Below, piece by piece: positions 45,767 to 54,899 of a DNA stretch of 64,000 bases. The translations under genes were made by a program, and so were the position numbers. The notes under the pieces are model-generated. The model saw only the letters and a list, made by a program, of their open reading frames with translations. It was not told the DNA's origin and did not search any database. Source of the DNA: an uncultured Prolixibacteraceae bacterium (GTDB lineage Bacteria > Bacteroidota > Bacteroidia > Bacteroidales > FEN-979); assembly GCA_964455285.1 (NCBI GenBank), contig CAYVVG010000008.1, positions 1,595 through 65,594 of the forward strand. Direction: 5' to 3'. Within the stretch, counting starts at the first letter, position 1, and each line of letters starts with the position of its first letter.

Positions 45767-45774
45767 CAAAAGTA
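45767..45774 (-). promoter_or_regulatory. -7 promoter box TACTTTTG for the alpha-oxoamine synthase / membrane protein pair
   Basis: Exact motif on the minus strand, 43 nt upstream of GTG 45723. Confidence 0.45.
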
Positions 45775-45847
45775 CCAAAAAAGAAATACTTTTTCACCGT
45801 GAAATCCGTTTGATCCTGCTCCTATATAATTATTCGACCGAAATTTG

Positions 45848-45855
45848 TACTTTTG
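45848..45855 (+). promoter_or_regulatory. -7 promoter box TACTTTTG for bamD (leaderless spacing)
   Basis: Exact motif ending 4 nt before ATG 45860. Confidence 0.45.
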
Positions 45856-45859
45856 CACC

Positions 45860-46675
45860 ATGAAACGACGGGCCCTCTTCATACTGGCATGCAGCCTTTT
45901 ATTTGTTCTTCCTTCGTGCAGATTCCAGAAACTGCTGAAAAACGGTTCGGCGGACGAGAAATATGAGGGGGCCGTGAAACTGTACACCGAAAAGGATTAT
46001 TCACGGGCGCTCCAGCTTTTCGACCAGATCGGGGGACTCATGCGGGCTACCGACAAATCGAGGAAGATCGCCTATTATACTGCTTTCTGCTACTACAACC
46101 AGAAGGACTACACCCTGGCTTCATACTATTTCAAACGTTACGCTTCGGGCTATCCCAACACGGAAGAGGCGGAAGAGTGCATGTTCATGGCCGCCTACTG
46201 CAATTTTCTCAGCTCACCGGAATACAGCCTCGACCAATCCGTCACCTACGACGCTATCAAAGACCTTCAGCTATTCACCAACACCTACCCGACCAGCAAG
46301 CGGGTGTCGGAATGCAACGACCTGATCGATCAGCTCAGGGCGAAACTGGAACTGAAAGACTTCAACATTGCGAGGATGTTTTACAGGATGAACGAATATG
46401 CAGCCTCCATCACCATGCTGAATAATATCATCAAAGATTTTCCGGATTCGCCGCATAAAGAAGAGGTGCTCTTTCTTATCGCAAGGTCTTATTACAACTA
46501 TGCCCAGGAAAGCATTACCGAGAAGCAGAAGGAAAGGTTCGGCAAAACCGTTGCGTCGTGCAATGACCTGATAGCGCAGTATCCCGCCAGCCGCTTCCTT
46601 TCTGAAACGCGCCAGATCAGGGAAAAAGCCAGTAAGGCACTGGAAACAGTGCAGGCGGTGCAGAAGAAATCATGA
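45860..46675 (+). CDS. bamD: outer membrane protein assembly factor BamD (TPR lipoprotein)
   Basis: MKRRALFILACSLLFVLPSC is a lipobox signal. The protein has a YfiO-like TPR architecture. The ATG at 45860 lies 4 nt after the -7 box. Confidence 0.78.
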   Translation: MKRRALFILACSLLFVLPSCRFQKLLKNGSADEKYEGAVKLYTEKDYSRALQLFDQIGGLMRATDKSRKIAYYTAFCYYNQKDYTLASYYFKRYASGYPNTEEAEECMFMAAYCNFLSSPEYSLDQSVTYDAIKDLQLFTNTYPTSKRVSECNDLIDQLRAKLELKDFNIARMFYRMNEYAASITMLNNIIKDFPDSPHKEEVLFLIARSYYNYAQESITEKQKERFGKTVASCNDLIAQYPASRFLSETRQIREKASKALETVQAVQKKS

Positions 46676-46708
46676 TGAATTTCGAGTATAAACCAAGCAA
46701 ATCATAAG

Positions 46709-47044
46709 ATGGATTATAAGAAGGTAAAGACCGATGTCAATGCAGTAACCCGGAATATCGAGGATTTTACGACCGGTACCAACAACATGTACGAAACGGT
46801 GGCCGTACTTTCGAAACGTGCCAACCAGATCGGACTGGAGATCAAGGAGGAGCTGAATCAGAAGCTCTCGGAATTCGCCACCACCACCGACAACCTGGAA
46901 GAGGTATTCGAGAACCGGGAGCAGATCGAGATCGCGAAATATTATGAACAGCTTCCCAAACCGACGCTCATCTCCATCCACGAGTATCTCAACAGCGAGA
47001 TCTATTTCCGCAATCCCCACAAGGAGAATCCCGAGGATTTCTAA
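46709..47044 (+). CDS. rpoZ: DNA-directed RNA polymerase subunit omega (Bacteroidota long form)
   Basis: 111 aa. NMYETVAVLSKRANQI matches the Rpb6/omega core helix. The gene sits between bamD and coaBC, as in other Bacteroidota. Confidence 0.72.
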   Translation: MDYKKVKTDVNAVTRNIEDFTTGTNNMYETVAVLSKRANQIGLEIKEELNQKLSEFATTTDNLEEVFENREQIEIAKYYEQLPKPTLISIHEYLNSEIYFRNPHKENPEDF

Positions 47045-47062
47045 AAGGGTAACCACTGATAT

Positions 47063-48265
47063 ATGCTGAAAGGGAAAAAGTTCGTGGTCGGGATCACCGG
47101 CAGCATCGCGGCCTACAAGGTCCCCTTGCTGGTGAGGCTGCTCGCGAAGGAAGGAGCTGAGGTTCAGGTGATCATGACACCGGTAGCCCGCGACTTTGTC
47201 ACCCCGCTTACCCTGGCTACCCTTTCACAACGCCCGGTCATCGTCGAACCCTTCAAAGCCAACGACGGGGTATGGAACAACCACGTCGAACTTGGCCAAT
47301 GGGCCGATGCGATGATCTTTGCCCCGGTCACCGCCAACACCCTGGGTAAGATGGCCCACGGAATCGCCGACAATTTTGTGGTGACCGCCTACCTGTCGGC
47401 CAAATGCCCCGTCTTCATCGCACCTGCGATGGACCTCGACATGTACGCCCATCCGTCGACCCAAAAGAACATTGAAGTCCTGCGTGGCTACGGGAACATC
47501 ATCATCGAACCCCGTACCGGAGAACTGGCCAGCGGACTCTCGGGACCGGGCCGCCTCGAAGAGCCGGAGGAGATCGTCGGCATACTCAGGGAACATTTCT
47601 CAGACACCCGGCCGCTTGGTAAAAAAAAAGTCCTGGTCACAGCCGGTCCCACCTACGAAAAAATTGACCCCGTAAGGTTCATCGGGAACTTTTCCAGCGG
47701 CACCATGGGTTTCGCCCTGGCTGCCGAAGCCGCCCGCAAGGGGGCGGAGGTGACCCTGATAACAGGACCGGTGGCGCTTTCGTTACCCCATCCGGCCATC
47801 CGCAGGATCGATGTTGAATCGGCCGCCGGGATGTACGAAGCCTGCATGCGGGAAGCCGGCGATGCCGACCTGATCATCATGGCCGCCGCGGTGGCCGACT
47901 ATACCCTGGATCAACCCTCCCCGTCGAAACTGAAAAAGAGCCCGTCGGGACTGACACTGAAGCTGCAACCCACCCGCGATATCCTTCGTGAGCTCGGGAT
48001 CAGGAAACCGGCCCGCCAGGTCCTTGTGGGTTTCGCCCTGGAGACCGGTGATGGCCTCGAAAGCGCCCGCGAGAAACTGAAGTCCAAGAACCTTGATTTT
48101 ATCGTACTTAACTCATTGTCCGACCCGGGTGCCGGGTTCGGTCCGGGGACCAACCGGGTTACGGTGATCGGGAAAGACGGCAGGCCACATGCCGGGAGGA
48201 CCAGGGAAAAAAGCGCCGTGGCCGGCGATATTATTGATCATATCCTTGCTAACGCAAAGCTGTAA
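47063..48265 (+). CDS. coaBC: bifunctional phosphopantothenoylcysteine decarboxylase / phosphopantothenate--cysteine ligase
   Basis: 400 aa. GITGSIAAYK marks the flavoprotein domain, PAMDLDMY is present, and the C-terminal VTAGPTYEKIDPVRFIGNFSSG marks the CoaB domain. Confidence 0.92.
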   Translation: MLKGKKFVVGITGSIAAYKVPLLVRLLAKEGAEVQVIMTPVARDFVTPLTLATLSQRPVIVEPFKANDGVWNNHVELGQWADAMIFAPVTANTLGKMAHGIADNFVVTAYLSAKCPVFIAPAMDLDMYAHPSTQKNIEVLRGYGNIIIEPRTGELASGLSGPGRLEEPEEIVGILREHFSDTRPLGKKKVLVTAGPTYEKIDPVRFIGNFSSGTMGFALAAEAARKGAEVTLITGPVALSLPHPAIRRIDVESAAGMYEACMREAGDADLIIMAAAVADYTLDQPSPSKLKKSPSGLTLKLQPTRDILRELGIRKPARQVLVGFALETGDGLESAREKLKSKNLDFIVLNSLSDPGAGFGPGTNRVTVIGKDGRPHAGRTREKSAVAGDIIDHILANAKL

Positions 48266-48266
48266 T

Positions 48267-49181
48267 ATGAAGAAGGTTCGGTTATTTTTGGTGCTCCTTC
48301 CGGTGCTGGCATTCTTCGCGGAACTCCGTGCACAGGAGTTGAACTGCATGATCAGTCTGAACACCCAGAAACTCGAAGGGACCGACAAAAGGTTGTTTCA
48401 GACCCTGCAGAGTGCCATGTATGAGTTCGTCAACGGCCGGAAATGGACCACATACACGTTCAAACAGGAAGAACGCATCGAATGTACCATGCTCATTACG
48501 ATCAATGAACGGTTGAGCGCCGACGAGTTCCGCGGCACCATGAACGTGGTGGTCAGGCGGCCGGTGCTGAATTCGGCATACAATTCGATACTCCTCAACA
48601 CCGTCGATAAGAACATCAACTTCCGCTATGTCGAATACCAGCCTCTCGATTTTGCCGAAAATACCTTTACTTCGAACATCACCTCGCTGCTTGCCTTTTA
48701 TTCTTATTCGATCCTGGGATTTTATTTCGACTCGTTCTCTCCCAACGGTGGATCGCCCTACTTTGAGAAAGCCCAGGAGGTGGTTAACGCCGCCCAGCGA
48801 ACCTCCGACCAGGGATGGAAAGCGCATGAAAGCGAGAAGAACCGCTACTGGATCGTGAATAATTACATGAATCCCGCCAATGCCGAATTACGCGATTTTG
48901 CCTACCGGTATCATCGCCTGGGGCTCGACCAGATGTACGACAATGTGGACAAGGGGAGGACATCGGTCACCGAATCCATCGAACTTCTGCAGAAACTCTA
49001 TAATTCCAAGCCGAACCTTTACGCTCTTCAGCTGATCTTCGATGCCAAACGGGATGAATTTGTGAATGTGTATGCCGACCAGCGGGTCCCCCCGATGGAG
49101 AAATCGAATGTCGTGAATATCCTGAAAGAGATTGACCCGGCCAACGGGAACAAATACCAGGCAATCCTCGAATCGAAATAG
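48267..49181 (+). CDS. DUF4835-family protein (T9SS-associated, PorD-like)
   Basis: MKKVRLFLVLLPVLAFFAELRAQ is the signal peptide. The ATG lies 1 nt after the coaBC stop. The ORF-track start at 48189 overlaps coaBC and was rejected. Confidence 0.65.
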   Translation: MKKVRLFLVLLPVLAFFAELRAQELNCMISLNTQKLEGTDKRLFQTLQSAMYEFVNGRKWTTYTFKQEERIECTMLITINERLSADEFRGTMNVVVRRPVLNSAYNSILLNTVDKNINFRYVEYQPLDFAENTFTSNITSLLAFYSYSILGFYFDSFSPNGGSPYFEKAQEVVNAAQRTSDQGWKAHESEKNRYWIVNNYMNPANAELRDFAYRYHRLGLDQMYDNVDKGRTSVTESIELLQKLYNSKPNLYALQLIFDAKRDEFVNVYADQRVPPMEKSNVVNILKEIDPANGNKYQAILESK

Positions 49182-49211
49182 CCTGCTGAGAAAGAAACCA
49201 ACGGGCACCCG

Positions 49212-50867
49212 ATGCTGCAGAAACTGGCCGTAAAGAATTACCTCCTGATACAAAACCTGGAGATCGGCTTCTCCGGGGGATTTTCCGTGATAACCGGAGA
49301 AACCGGGGCAGGAAAGTCGATCCTGCTGGGGGCACTCGCCCTGGTTCTGGGTCAGCGCGCCGATGCCAGTGTCCTGCTGGATCCCTCCCGCAAGTGTATC
49401 ATTGAGGGCCATTTTCGGATCGACGGTTACCAGCTTGAGGAGTTTTTCCGCGATCACGAACTGGAGTACGAGGATACCCTGATCCTGCGAAGGGAATTGC
49501 AGGAGAACGGAAAGTCGAGGGCCTTCGTCAACGACACACCGGTCCCACTTTCAGCCGTAAAGGAACTGGGTGACCGCCTGGTGAACATTCACTCCCAGCA
49601 TTCCGTCGTCACGTTGAACGATTCGAATTTCCAGATGGCGGTCATGGACAGCTATGCAGCCATCGCCCGGGAAAGCCAGGATTTCAGGACCGGTTTCAAC
49701 CGTTTCAACACCGCAAGGTCGAGGCTGGCTGCCCTGGAGGATGCCGAAGCGCGCTCGACAGCCGACCTGGACTATCACCGGTTCCTGCTCGAGGAACTGG
49801 ATTCAGCCAGGCTGGTCGCCGGGGAAATTGAAGAACTTGAACAGCAACTCGACGAATTGAATCATGCTGAGGAGATCCGCGGGAACCTGGATAGAGCCGG
49901 TCAGATCCTTTCCGACGACGAGGAGAGCATTCTCACCCGGTTGGCGGGCGCAGTACATCTGACGGGACAGGCGGCCCGGTTCAAGCCGGAACTGCAGGCG
50001 CTGGCCGACCGGATGAACAGCAGTTATATCGACCTCAAAGACCTGGCAGGGGATCTCCATGCCGCTGCCGGGCATGTCTTTACAGACCCGCAAACGGCCG
50101 AAATCCTCTCTCAGCGTCTTGACCTTCTCAACCGGCTGCTGAAGAAGCATCGTGTCGCCGGGATTGCGCAATTGCTGGAGGTGAGGGAGTCCATTGCCGG
50201 TAAGCTCGGCAAGGCAGCGACCCTTGAAGAAGAGATCGCAACGCTGAAAGGACAGATAGCCAAGATGGAAAAGGAGCTCCACTCCCTGGCAGTTGCCCTT
50301 TCTAAAAAACGCCTCCGGGCTGTGCCCGGATTCGAGAAGGAGGTGACGGCATTGCTCGCCCGGTTAGGTATCCCGAAAGCGCGGTTCAAGGTCGATCTGG
50401 CTGTGCTCGACAACCTTTCCCGCGACGGCTTGAACCGGGTGAACTTTCTCTTCAGCGCCAACCAGGGCATCGGGATGAAGGAACTGGGTTCGGCTGCCTC
50501 CGGCGGTGAGCTCTCCCGGCTGATGCTCGCCATCAAGTCGATGATCAGTCAGAAAAATCTGCTCCCAACCATTCTCTTCGACGAAATCGACAACGGGGTT
50601 TCCGGCGAAGTGGCCGCGAAGGTCGGTGCCATCCTGAAACACATGGGCGGCTTCATGCAGGTGGTCGCCATCACGCACCTTCCGCAGATTGCCGCCAGGG
50701 GCGAACATCATTACAGGGTATTCAAAACGGAGAAGGCGCAAACCACCTCCACCTCCATCCAGGAGATCGACCCACAGGAACGCGTGGAGGAAATCGCCAG
50801 GATGATGAGCGATGAAACGGTTTCCGAGTCGGCTATAAATATGGCTAAAGAACTGTTGAATAATTGA
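49212..50867 (+). CDS. recN: DNA repair protein RecN
   Basis: 551 aa. GETGAGKSIL is Walker A, a long coiled-coil follows, then the SGGELSRLMLA signature and ILFDEIDNGVSG Walker B. Confidence 0.92.
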   Translation: MLQKLAVKNYLLIQNLEIGFSGGFSVITGETGAGKSILLGALALVLGQRADASVLLDPSRKCIIEGHFRIDGYQLEEFFRDHELEYEDTLILRRELQENGKSRAFVNDTPVPLSAVKELGDRLVNIHSQHSVVTLNDSNFQMAVMDSYAAIARESQDFRTGFNRFNTARSRLAALEDAEARSTADLDYHRFLLEELDSARLVAGEIEELEQQLDELNHAEEIRGNLDRAGQILSDDEESILTRLAGAVHLTGQAARFKPELQALADRMNSSYIDLKDLAGDLHAAAGHVFTDPQTAEILSQRLDLLNRLLKKHRVAGIAQLLEVRESIAGKLGKAATLEEEIATLKGQIAKMEKELHSLAVALSKKRLRAVPGFEKEVTALLARLGIPKARFKVDLAVLDNLSRDGLNRVNFLFSANQGIGMKELGSAASGGELSRLMLAIKSMISQKNLLPTILFDEIDNGVSGEVAAKVGAILKHMGGFMQVVAITHLPQIAARGEHHYRVFKTEKAQTTSTSIQEIDPQERVEEIARMMSDETVSESAINMAKELLNN

Positions 50868-50908
50868 TTATTTATTTAAATTAATGTATTACTTTAAATA
50901 TAGGTACA

Positions 50909-51745
50909 ATGGCATATAATATCCTGAAAGGAAAAAAAGGCATCATTTTCGGGGCATTGGACAGCAAGTCGATCGCCTGGAAAATTGCCGCAAGGGCCTA
51001 CGAGGAGGGCGCGGTATTCACGCTCTCGAATACTCCGGTAGCTCTTCGTTTCGGGGAGATCCACCAGCTTGCCGGTCAATGCCAGGCCGAGATCATCCCG
51101 GCCGATGCCACGCGCGTGGAAGACCTCGAACATGTTTTCCGGCGTTCGATGGAGGTGCTGGGGGGAAAGGTGGATTTCGTGCTTCATTCCATCGGTATGT
51201 CGTTGAATGTAAGAAAGCAGAAGGAGTATGATGACCTCGACTACGACTATTTCCAGAAGACCATCGATATTTCCGCCCTCTCGTTCCACAAGATGTTGCA
51301 GGTAGCCAAGAAACTCGATGCCATCAACGAGTGGGGGTCGGTGCTGGCACTCTCTTACATTGCCGCGCAACGGACGCTGGTCGGGTACAACGATATGGCC
51401 GATGCCAAGGCGCTCCTCGAGTCGATCGCCCGCAGCTTCGGTTACATCTACGGCAGGGAGAAGCACATACGGATCAACACCATCTCCCAGTCGCCCACCC
51501 GGACAACCGCCGGCAGCGGTATCAAGGGGATCGACGGACTGCTCGACTTCACCGAAAGGATGTCACCGCTGGGAAATGCGACGGCCGACGAATGCGCCGA
51601 TTTCTCGATCGTCCTCTTCTCCGACCTGTCGCGCAAAGTGACGATGCAGAACATATACCACGACGGTGGATTCTCCAGCATGGCCATGAGTCTGAAAGCC
51701 ATGACCCAGTATAACAAGTGCCTCGAGGAGGAGGATAATTTATAG
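50909..51745 (+). CDS. fabI: enoyl-[ACP] reductase (NADH), FabI type
   Basis: 278 aa. The N-terminus LKGKKGIIFGALDSKSIAW and the HSIGMS and Y..M..AK active-site pattern identify FabI. Confidence 0.85.
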   Translation: MAYNILKGKKGIIFGALDSKSIAWKIAARAYEEGAVFTLSNTPVALRFGEIHQLAGQCQAEIIPADATRVEDLEHVFRRSMEVLGGKVDFVLHSIGMSLNVRKQKEYDDLDYDYFQKTIDISALSFHKMLQVAKKLDAINEWGSVLALSYIAAQRTLVGYNDMADAKALLESIARSFGYIYGREKHIRINTISQSPTRTTAGSGIKGIDGLLDFTERMSPLGNATADECADFSIVLFSDLSRKVTMQNIYHDGGFSSMAMSLKAMTQYNKCLEEEDNL

Positions 51746-51767
51746 CCATTCTTTTCACCCTTTTCGT

Positions 51768-51775
51768 TAACTTTG
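51768..51775 (+). promoter_or_regulatory. -7 promoter box TAACTTTG for the etfB-etfA-FeS-FeS-ACAD cluster
   Basis: Exact motif 41 nt upstream of ATG 51817. Confidence 0.5.
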
Positions 51776-51816
51776 CACCCCAAAATTTCATTCCTACATC
51801 CTCAATCATATTGTCA

Positions 51817-52566
51817 ATGAAGATTTTAGTTTGCATCAGCCATGTCCCCGACACCACCACCAAGGTGCGGTTTGCCGACGATAACAAACGGTTCGATACG
51901 GCCGGGGTCCAATGGATCATCAATCCCTGGGATGAACTCTCACTGACACGGGCACTTGAGCTGAAAGACGACCCCGCTGCCGGTGTTACAAAGGTCACGG
52001 TGGCACACGTCGGTCTGATCGACAGCGAGCCCACCATCCGTAAAGCGCTTGCCATCGGTGCCGACGACGGCATCCGAGTCAATGCGGCCCCCGCCGATGC
52101 GTACTTTGTCGCTGCCCAACTGGCGAATGTCCTGCGGCAAGAACCTTACGACCTGGTCCTTTGCGGCATCGAATCGAGCGACCACAACGGATCGATGGTA
52201 GGGGGGATGCTGGCCGAATTCCTGGGATATCCTTCGGTTTCCTCCGTCTCCGGCATCACGGTGAAGGACGGAGAGCTGCTCTTTACCCGCGAGATCGACG
52301 GGGGTAAAGAGATCGTGACCGTTCCCGGACCGGTGGTCGCCATCGTACAGAAAGGGATCGCCAAAGAGCCGAGAATCGCAGCCATGAGAGGGATCATGAT
52401 GGCCCGTACAAAGCCCCTGGCGGTGAAAGAACCGGCGGCTGCCGAATCCCTGACCGAAGTGGTGGTCTTCGAAATGCCGAAGCCGCGCGCAGCCTGCAAA
52501 TTCGTCGATCCGGAGAACCCGAAACAACTGATCGACCTCCTCCAGAACGAAGCAAAAATCATCTAA
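51817..52566 (+). CDS. etfB: electron transfer flavoprotein subunit beta
   Basis: MKILVCISHVPDTTTKVRF...INPWDELSL. The start is taken at ATG 51817 rather than the TTG at 51811. Confidence 0.9.
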   Translation: MKILVCISHVPDTTTKVRFADDNKRFDTAGVQWIINPWDELSLTRALELKDDPAAGVTKVTVAHVGLIDSEPTIRKALAIGADDGIRVNAAPADAYFVAAQLANVLRQEPYDLVLCGIESSDHNGSMVGGMLAEFLGYPSVSSVSGITVKDGELLFTREIDGGKEIVTVPGPVVAIVQKGIAKEPRIAAMRGIMMARTKPLAVKEPAAAESLTEVVVFEMPKPRAACKFVDPENPKQLIDLLQNEAKII

Positions 52567-52589
52567 ACGACCCTAAAACAAAGCGAAAC

Positions 52590-53561
52590 ATGTCTGTTTT
52601 AATCTATACGGAGAACTGGGACGGAAAATTCAAGAAACTGAGTTTTGAATTGGTTTCCTACGGCGCCAGGCTGGCGGAGATGCTTCACACCGAAGCGGTT
52701 GTGCTCTCGATCGGGAACGTGGAACCCGGGGAACTTGAGAACCTGGGAAAATACGGCGCAGCGCGGATCATACAAGCAGTGAACCCTGGCGTGAACGTGT
52801 TCGACACCCGGGCTTTCACCCGGATCATCGCCGGCATTGCCACCCGTGAGCATGCAACGATCGTGCTTCTCTCCAACAACAACACGGGAAAAGCCCTGGC
52901 CCCCCGCCTGTCGGTCGTGTTAAAAGCCGGACTTGGAGCGGGTGTGAGCGGTCTTCCCGTCAGCCTCGATCCTTTTATCGTTCAAAAGAAGGCCTTTTCG
53001 GGCAACGCCTTCAGCCAGGTAGCGATCCGCACCGCGGTGCGCGTGCTCACGCTGGCCCAGAATTCGTTCGAGATCACCGACCGCGGGACCCTGGCGGGGG
53101 TTACCGGGGAAACCGCGGATTGGGATGCCGGCGCGGTGAGCACCACGGTGAAAGAGGTGCAGAAGCAGAGCGGCAAGATCCTGCTGACCGATGCCGATAT
53201 AGTCGTGTCGGGCGGACGGGGTATGAAATCGCCCGATAACTGGGGTCCGCTCATGGAACTTGCCGGCCTGCTGGGCGCAGCCACCGCCTGTTCACGTCCT
53301 GTTTCGGACGAAGGATGGAGGCCTCACGACGAACATACCGGGCAAACCGGCAAAATCATTGCACCCAACCTTTATTTCGCCATCGGGATCTCCGGTGCCA
53401 CGCAGCACCTGGCCGGTGTCAGCTCCTCAAAATTCATCGTTGCCATCAATACCGATAAGGACGCGCCCATATTCTCGGCCGCCCAGTACGGAATTGTCGG
53501 TGATGCCGGTAAAGTGTTGCCGAAACTGGTGGAAGCTGTGAGGGAAATCAAGGGGAAATAG
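52590..53561 (+). CDS. etfA: electron transfer flavoprotein subunit alpha
   Basis: 323 aa. The C-terminal FAD-binding region is VVSGGRG...GQTGKIIAPNLYFAIGISGATQHLAG. Confidence 0.9.
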   Translation: MSVLIYTENWDGKFKKLSFELVSYGARLAEMLHTEAVVLSIGNVEPGELENLGKYGAARIIQAVNPGVNVFDTRAFTRIIAGIATREHATIVLLSNNNTGKALAPRLSVVLKAGLGAGVSGLPVSLDPFIVQKKAFSGNAFSQVAIRTAVRVLTLAQNSFEITDRGTLAGVTGETADWDAGAVSTTVKEVQKQSGKILLTDADIVVSGGRGMKSPDNWGPLMELAGLLGAATACSRPVSDEGWRPHDEHTGQTGKIIAPNLYFAIGISGATQHLAGVSSSKFIVAINTDKDAPIFSAAQYGIVGDAGKVLPKLVEAVREIKGK

Positions 53562-53567
53562 TGCGCT

Positions 53568-54899
53568 ATGATCCGACAACTGGTTTTCGCACTCGCTCTG
53601 CTGGTAACCCTCGGGTTCTTCACCTTCACCTCGCTCCGGATATACCGTTTCTTCCGCCTTACCCGTCCCGCTTTTCCAGTTCAGGACCTGGGTAAACGGT
53701 TCCTGGTCATGCTCCGGGTGGCCATCGGGCAAAGCCGGATCTTCCGCCGCCCTTTTACAGGCTTTTTCCATGCGCTGGTTTTCTGGGGATTCTGCGTCAT
53801 TGCCTTCGGAAGTATCGAGATGGTGATCGACGGACTCTCCGGAACCGATCGTTCACTGCAGATATTGGGACCTCTCTATTCCCTGATCACCGCTTCGGGC
53901 GACCTCTTTGCCATCCTGGTCGGGGTCTCGATCCTGGTGTTCCTGGCCCGGCGCCTGTTCCTGCATGTCAGCCGGTTCGAGGGTGTCGAGATGAAAGCGA
54001 TCTCGCATACCGATGCAAAAATAGCCCTTACGCTGATCCTTCTGCTGATGATCTCCTTGCTGGGAATGAACATGGGCTACATGGCCCTGCACCGGACCAC
54101 GGGAGAGGAACCGGCAGGCATCTACCCGGTCAGTTCGCTGCTCGGAGGACTCCTTGCAGGATGGGACCCGGGAACCCTGCGCATCTTTTCCGAGACCTGC
54201 TGGTGGACCCATATCCTGTTGATCTTCCTCTTCGCCAACATTCTTCCCTATTCCAAGCATTTCCACGTGTTTATGTCGGTTCCCAACGTCTTCCTTTCCC
54301 GGTTGGATCCGTTGGGAAAACTTGCCAACATGGATGCGATCACCCGGGAAGTGAAGATGATGCTTGACCCTGCGGCCGCGGCAGATCTTCCTGCCGGAGC
54401 TCCGGTGGAGCGATTCGGGGTGAAAGATGCCGAAGATATTTCATGGAAGAACTATCTCGATGCACTGGCATGCACCGAATGCGGCCGTTGCACCTCGGTA
54501 TGCCCGGCTAACCTCACGGGAAAACGCCTCTCGCCGAGAAAAATCATGATGGATGTCAGGGCCCGGATGAAAGAGAAAGGACCCGGTCTGGTCCGGAAGG
54601 GCAAGGATTTTACCGACGGACGGTCCCTGCTGAGGGATTATATCACGGAGGAGGAGCTCTGGGCATGTACGACCTGCAATGCCTGCGCCAGGGAATGTCC
54701 TATCAGCATCAACCATCCTTCGCTGATCGTCGATATGAGGCGTTACCTGGTGATGGAGGAGGCCTCCGCGCCGGGTGGGATCAAAGGCGTGTTCAATAAC
54801 ATTGAGAATAACGGAGCTCCCTGGCAGTATTCGCCCGAAGACCGGATGCTCTGGGCCCGTAACCTGGAAGTGAACGTAAAACAGCCTGTCGGGATATGA
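53568..54899 (+). CDS. membrane-anchored 2x[4Fe-4S] ferredoxin-domain oxidoreductase subunit (HdrE/NarI-like transmembrane domain plus dicluster domain)
   Basis: 443 aa. About 5-6 transmembrane helices carry conserved histidines (FFHALVFWGF, WWTHILL, SKHFHVF). They are followed by CTECGRCTSVCP and CTTCNACARECP cluster motifs. Confidence 0.75.
   Translation: MIRQLVFALALLVTLGFFTFTSLRIYRFFRLTRPAFPVQDLGKRFLVMLRVAIGQSRIFRRPFTGFFHALVFWGFCVIAFGSIEMVIDGLSGTDRSLQILGPLYSLITASGDLFAILVGVSILVFLARRLFLHVSRFEGVEMKAISHTDAKIALTLILLLMISLLGMNMGYMALHRTTGEEPAGIYPVSSLLGGLLAGWDPGTLRIFSETCWWTHILLIFLFANILPYSKHFHVFMSVPNVFLSRLDPLGKLANMDAITREVKMMLDPAAAADLPAGAPVERFGVKDAEDISWKNYLDALACTECGRCTSVCPANLTGKRLSPRKIMMDVRARMKEKGPGLVRKGKDFTDGRSLLRDYITEEELWACTTCNACARECPISINHPSLIVDMRRYLVMEEASAPGGIKGVFNNIENNGAPWQYSPEDRMLWARNLEVNVKQPVGI

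Noticed and set aside
45724-45987. N-terminal extension of the alpha-oxoamine synthase ORF (505 aa in the ORF track)
   Set aside because: The extension would run through this gene's own -7 box (45767-45774) and through the bamD promoter and start. The conserved family N-terminus begins near VDIFDKVAGNMGPLG. I trimmed over-extensions at 2674-2697, 17148-17180, 18106-18243, 20950-21063, 22635-22790, 28552-28560, 31273-31332, 37798-37827, 40211-40228, 45845-45859, 48189-48266 and 51811-51816 for similar reasons.
54896-54899. Possible frameshift splitting a single Fe-S oxidoreductase gene into a pseudogene
   Set aside because: The junction is a clean ATGA stop/start overlap, typical of translational coupling, and both halves are complete domains. 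As far as I recall, a two-gene arrangement of these families also exists in other Bacteroidota. I therefore treat it as two subunits, though only a comparison with orthologues can settle it.
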